From Bacteriovoracaceae bacterium (lineage in GTDB: Bacteria; Bdellovibrionota; Bacteriovoracia; Bacteriovoracales; Bacteriovoracaceae): DNA of 64,000 nt. Position numbers and translations under genes: made by a program. Positions 62,403 to 64,000 of this stretch are shown piece after piece. The notes below the pieces were generated by a model. It did no database searches. It worked only from the letters and a program-made list of their open reading frames with translations, and had not been told where the DNA came from. The stretch spans positions 485,040 through 549,039 of the forward strand of contig JBLXCO010000002.1 in assembly GCA_048264885.1 (NCBI GenBank), read 5' to 3'. How positions within the stretch are numbered: position 1 is the stretch's first letter; each line of letters opens with the position of its first letter.

Positions 62403-63290
62403 TTAGAAGACTGAAAGACTCATGTTAAAGCCGTATGTGAGCTGTCTGTGGAAATCCTCATAGAGGAAGTTTCCATCGTGCTCTTGCATCATGTATCCAG
62501 AAGTGTAGATACCAGTATAAATTTGTGGGTGAACTTGATAACCAAGCTCGAGTGAAGCAACCATGTCGCCGCCCTCTTGCTTAGAGTCACCTTTATTGTA
62601 GTAGTGGGCCCACTCTTGAAGGAAGCTCACTGAGAGTTTGTCTGTAAAGTTGTAGGCCTGACTTGTGATCAGGTACATGTAGCCCGTGCCGCGACCTTCG
62701 CGATCGGCTTGGCCACTTTTTGCTAGGTTGTAGGCATAGTGGAGTTTTGAACTTAGGTAGAGACCGCTGTCAAATGAGCGGCTTACATTTAGAGCTGGAC
62801 GAAGCATCCCGTTGTTACCGCCAGCGGCGCGACGAGAGTATGTCGGGTAGTAGCGGCCGTACATTTCGGCATAAACACCAACGCCGGCATCGGCTTGGCT
62901 AAGAAGAGTGCGTCTATAAGTGACATAAGCACGGTACCACTCTTGTGAGCCAGCTTCGTTTTGTGGATCATCAGTGCGGTAGTAGGCCGTGGCCGAGAGA
63001 GTGTCTTTATCAGAGAGTTTTCCCGAGAGAGTGGCGAGGTGGAAAGTTGAGTAGCCTGAGTAATTGTAGCTATCACCTTCAAGTGTTTTCATTGATTCAA
63101 CACCTGAGAGCAGACTAAAGTGAACTGGACCATTTTTGAGCTTCGAATAGAAGTCCGCCATTGTGCTGGTGCTGGTTGCTGTTTCAGAAGGTGCTGTCAC
63201 TGCTTCTGATTGGGCCATGGCGCTGGTGCTTAAAACTGCTGCAAACAGTCCTAGGGCCAAAATTTTCTTGTTCACCTTTATCATCGTCAT
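62403..63290 (-). CDS. Outer-membrane beta-barrel/porin-like protein
   Basis: Signal peptide 'ILALGLFAAVLSTSAMA', alternating Tyr/Gly-rich strands and a C-terminal '...MSLSVF' with terminal Phe. ATG 63290 is preceded by GGAGAGAGAG. Confidence 0.65.
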   Translation of the reverse strand: MTMIKVNKKILALGLFAAVLSTSAMAQSEAVTAPSETATSTSTMADFYSKLKNGPVHFSLLSGVESMKTLEGDSYNYSGYSTFHLATLSGKLSDKDTLSATAYYRTDDPQNEAGSQEWYRAYVTYRRTLLSQADAGVGVYAEMYGRYYPTYSRRAAGGNNGMLRPALNVSRSFDSGLYLSSKLHYAYNLAKSGQADREGRGTGYMYLITSQAYNFTDKLSVSFLQEWAHYYNKGDSKQEGGDMVASLELGYQVHPQIYTGIYTSGYMMQEHDGNFLYEDFHRQLTYGFNMSLSVF

Positions 63291-63615
63291 CTCTCTCTCC
63301 CTTTTGTGTAATGCCAATTACAAAGTTCTTTAGTTGGTTTTTTTTGTCGTTTGTTAAGCAAAAATCAATCATTTAGCGCAAGTAATATTATTTGGTAACT
63401 CAATTTTTGTAGCTTGTTGGGGCCAGAAAACTAAGTGGACGCAAATCATATTTTTTGACGCTCGAGTGAAAATCTCTTAATTTTGTTAGGAATTCAACAA
63501 GAAAGAGTCTGAGAGTTAAAAATCCTTGTTAAATGTAAGATTATGTCAAATTTAGTTCATAATCTTTACCTTTGCCTTAAGAAAGGCCCAAGGACCCTGT
63601 GCAGACTGTGACATA

Positions 63616-64000
63616 ATGGCACCAAAATCAATGCAAAGCGCAAATAAATTAACCTATTCAACCTTAGTTTTTCTTCAGTTTATCAGGCTCTACCTCTTGG
63701 CCCCGTTGTTGAGGCCCTTCATGAGAAGCCGTGTGAGCTTTGAAAAAAAGAATCCCTCTCTCGGATTTCCTTTTGGTGCTCAGGCCCTCTTTGAAATTAG
63801 CTCCCAAGGTGAGTGGGAGCAGGTGGCGCCGCTAGTGCTTGAGCTTCTCGCTCAGGGAGCGCGCGTGGACATGCTCTATGCGAGCCCCTCAGTTGAAAAA
63901 GAAATGATGGGTCTAGAAGAGCGCTTTCAAGGACAGCTTCGAGCAAAGCGGCTTGAGTTAGTAGTTGATGGCAAGTCGGCCTCACTTCTTCAATGGTCAC
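63616..64000 (+). CDS. Partial CDS (5' end): membrane-anchored glycosyltransferase N-domain, possibly Kdo transferase (WaaA)-like
   Basis: The frame is open from 63556 to the window edge, so it is not in the ORF track. An N-terminal hydrophobic helix and basic stretch are followed by 'LFEISSQGEWEQVAPLVLELL', which resembles the WaaA 'HxxSxGE...PL' region. The start is uncertain (ATG 63616 or 63631). Confidence 0.35.
   Translation, partial: MAPKSMQSANKLTYSTLVFLQFIRLYLLAPLLRPFMRSRVSFEKKNPSLGFPFGAQALFEISSQGEWEQVAPLVLELLAQGARVDMLYASPSVEKEMMGLEERFQGQLRAKRLELVVDGKSASLLQWS

Noticed and set aside
63797-64000. 67-aa minus-strand ORF at the window edge
   Set aside because: The plus-strand frame across the same DNA is open for more than 128 codons. 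It also has a membrane-anchor plus glycosyltransferase-like N-terminus, so the minus ORF is more likely a shadow.
1-64000. Searched intergenic regions for tRNA, tmRNA, SRP RNA or RNase P RNA signatures, and for transposase, integrase or phage genes
   Set aside because: I saw no cloverleaf-compatible sequence or T-loop (GGTTCGAATCC-like) motif, and no ORF with recombinase or transposase motifs. By these criteria the window is not a mobile island.

Overview
This is a 64-kb chromosomal window with about 50 tightly packed protein-coding genes on both strands. Many neighbours share overlapping stop/start codons (ATGA, TAATG, GTGA), and several convergent genes overlap at their 3' ends. I found no rRNA, tRNA, CRISPR array, transposase, integrase or prophage signature. 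The gene content suggests a Bdellovibrio-like predatory bacterium, which is an inference. The evidence is a DacB-type DD-endopeptidase coupled to a secreted ankyrin-repeat protein, many signal-peptide or lipoprotein hydrolases, and an operon of exported nucleases. Housekeeping blocks are a near-complete purine operon purF-C-D-N-L-Q-H-M (10.2-21.1 kb, PurS apparently fused to PurL), prfC, gcvP, rsmJ, a PfkB kinase plus asnS, and a co-directional tmk-holB-PSP1/RicT-sbcD-sbcC string. The candidates most worth follow-up are: (1) an exported lipoprotein of about 1000 aa that looks like two tandem amidoligase (glutamine-synthetase-like) modules, with a co-operonic secreted partner and a divergent papain-like peptidase; (2) a canonical LOV blue-light sensor just downstream of the DacB/ankyrin pair; (3) a four-gene operon of OM barrel, triple-repeat lipoprotein, ExeM/NucH-like nuclease and EEP nuclease; (4) an XRE regulator with a perfect 17-bp palindrome and a divergent, untracked 42-codon ORF with a strong SD and a GC-rich hairpin; (5) a lysine-rich histone-H1-like protein; (6) several large secreted orphans. 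All family assignments come from motifs read by eye in the translations. No database search was possible, so none of these candidates is confirmed as a novel system.
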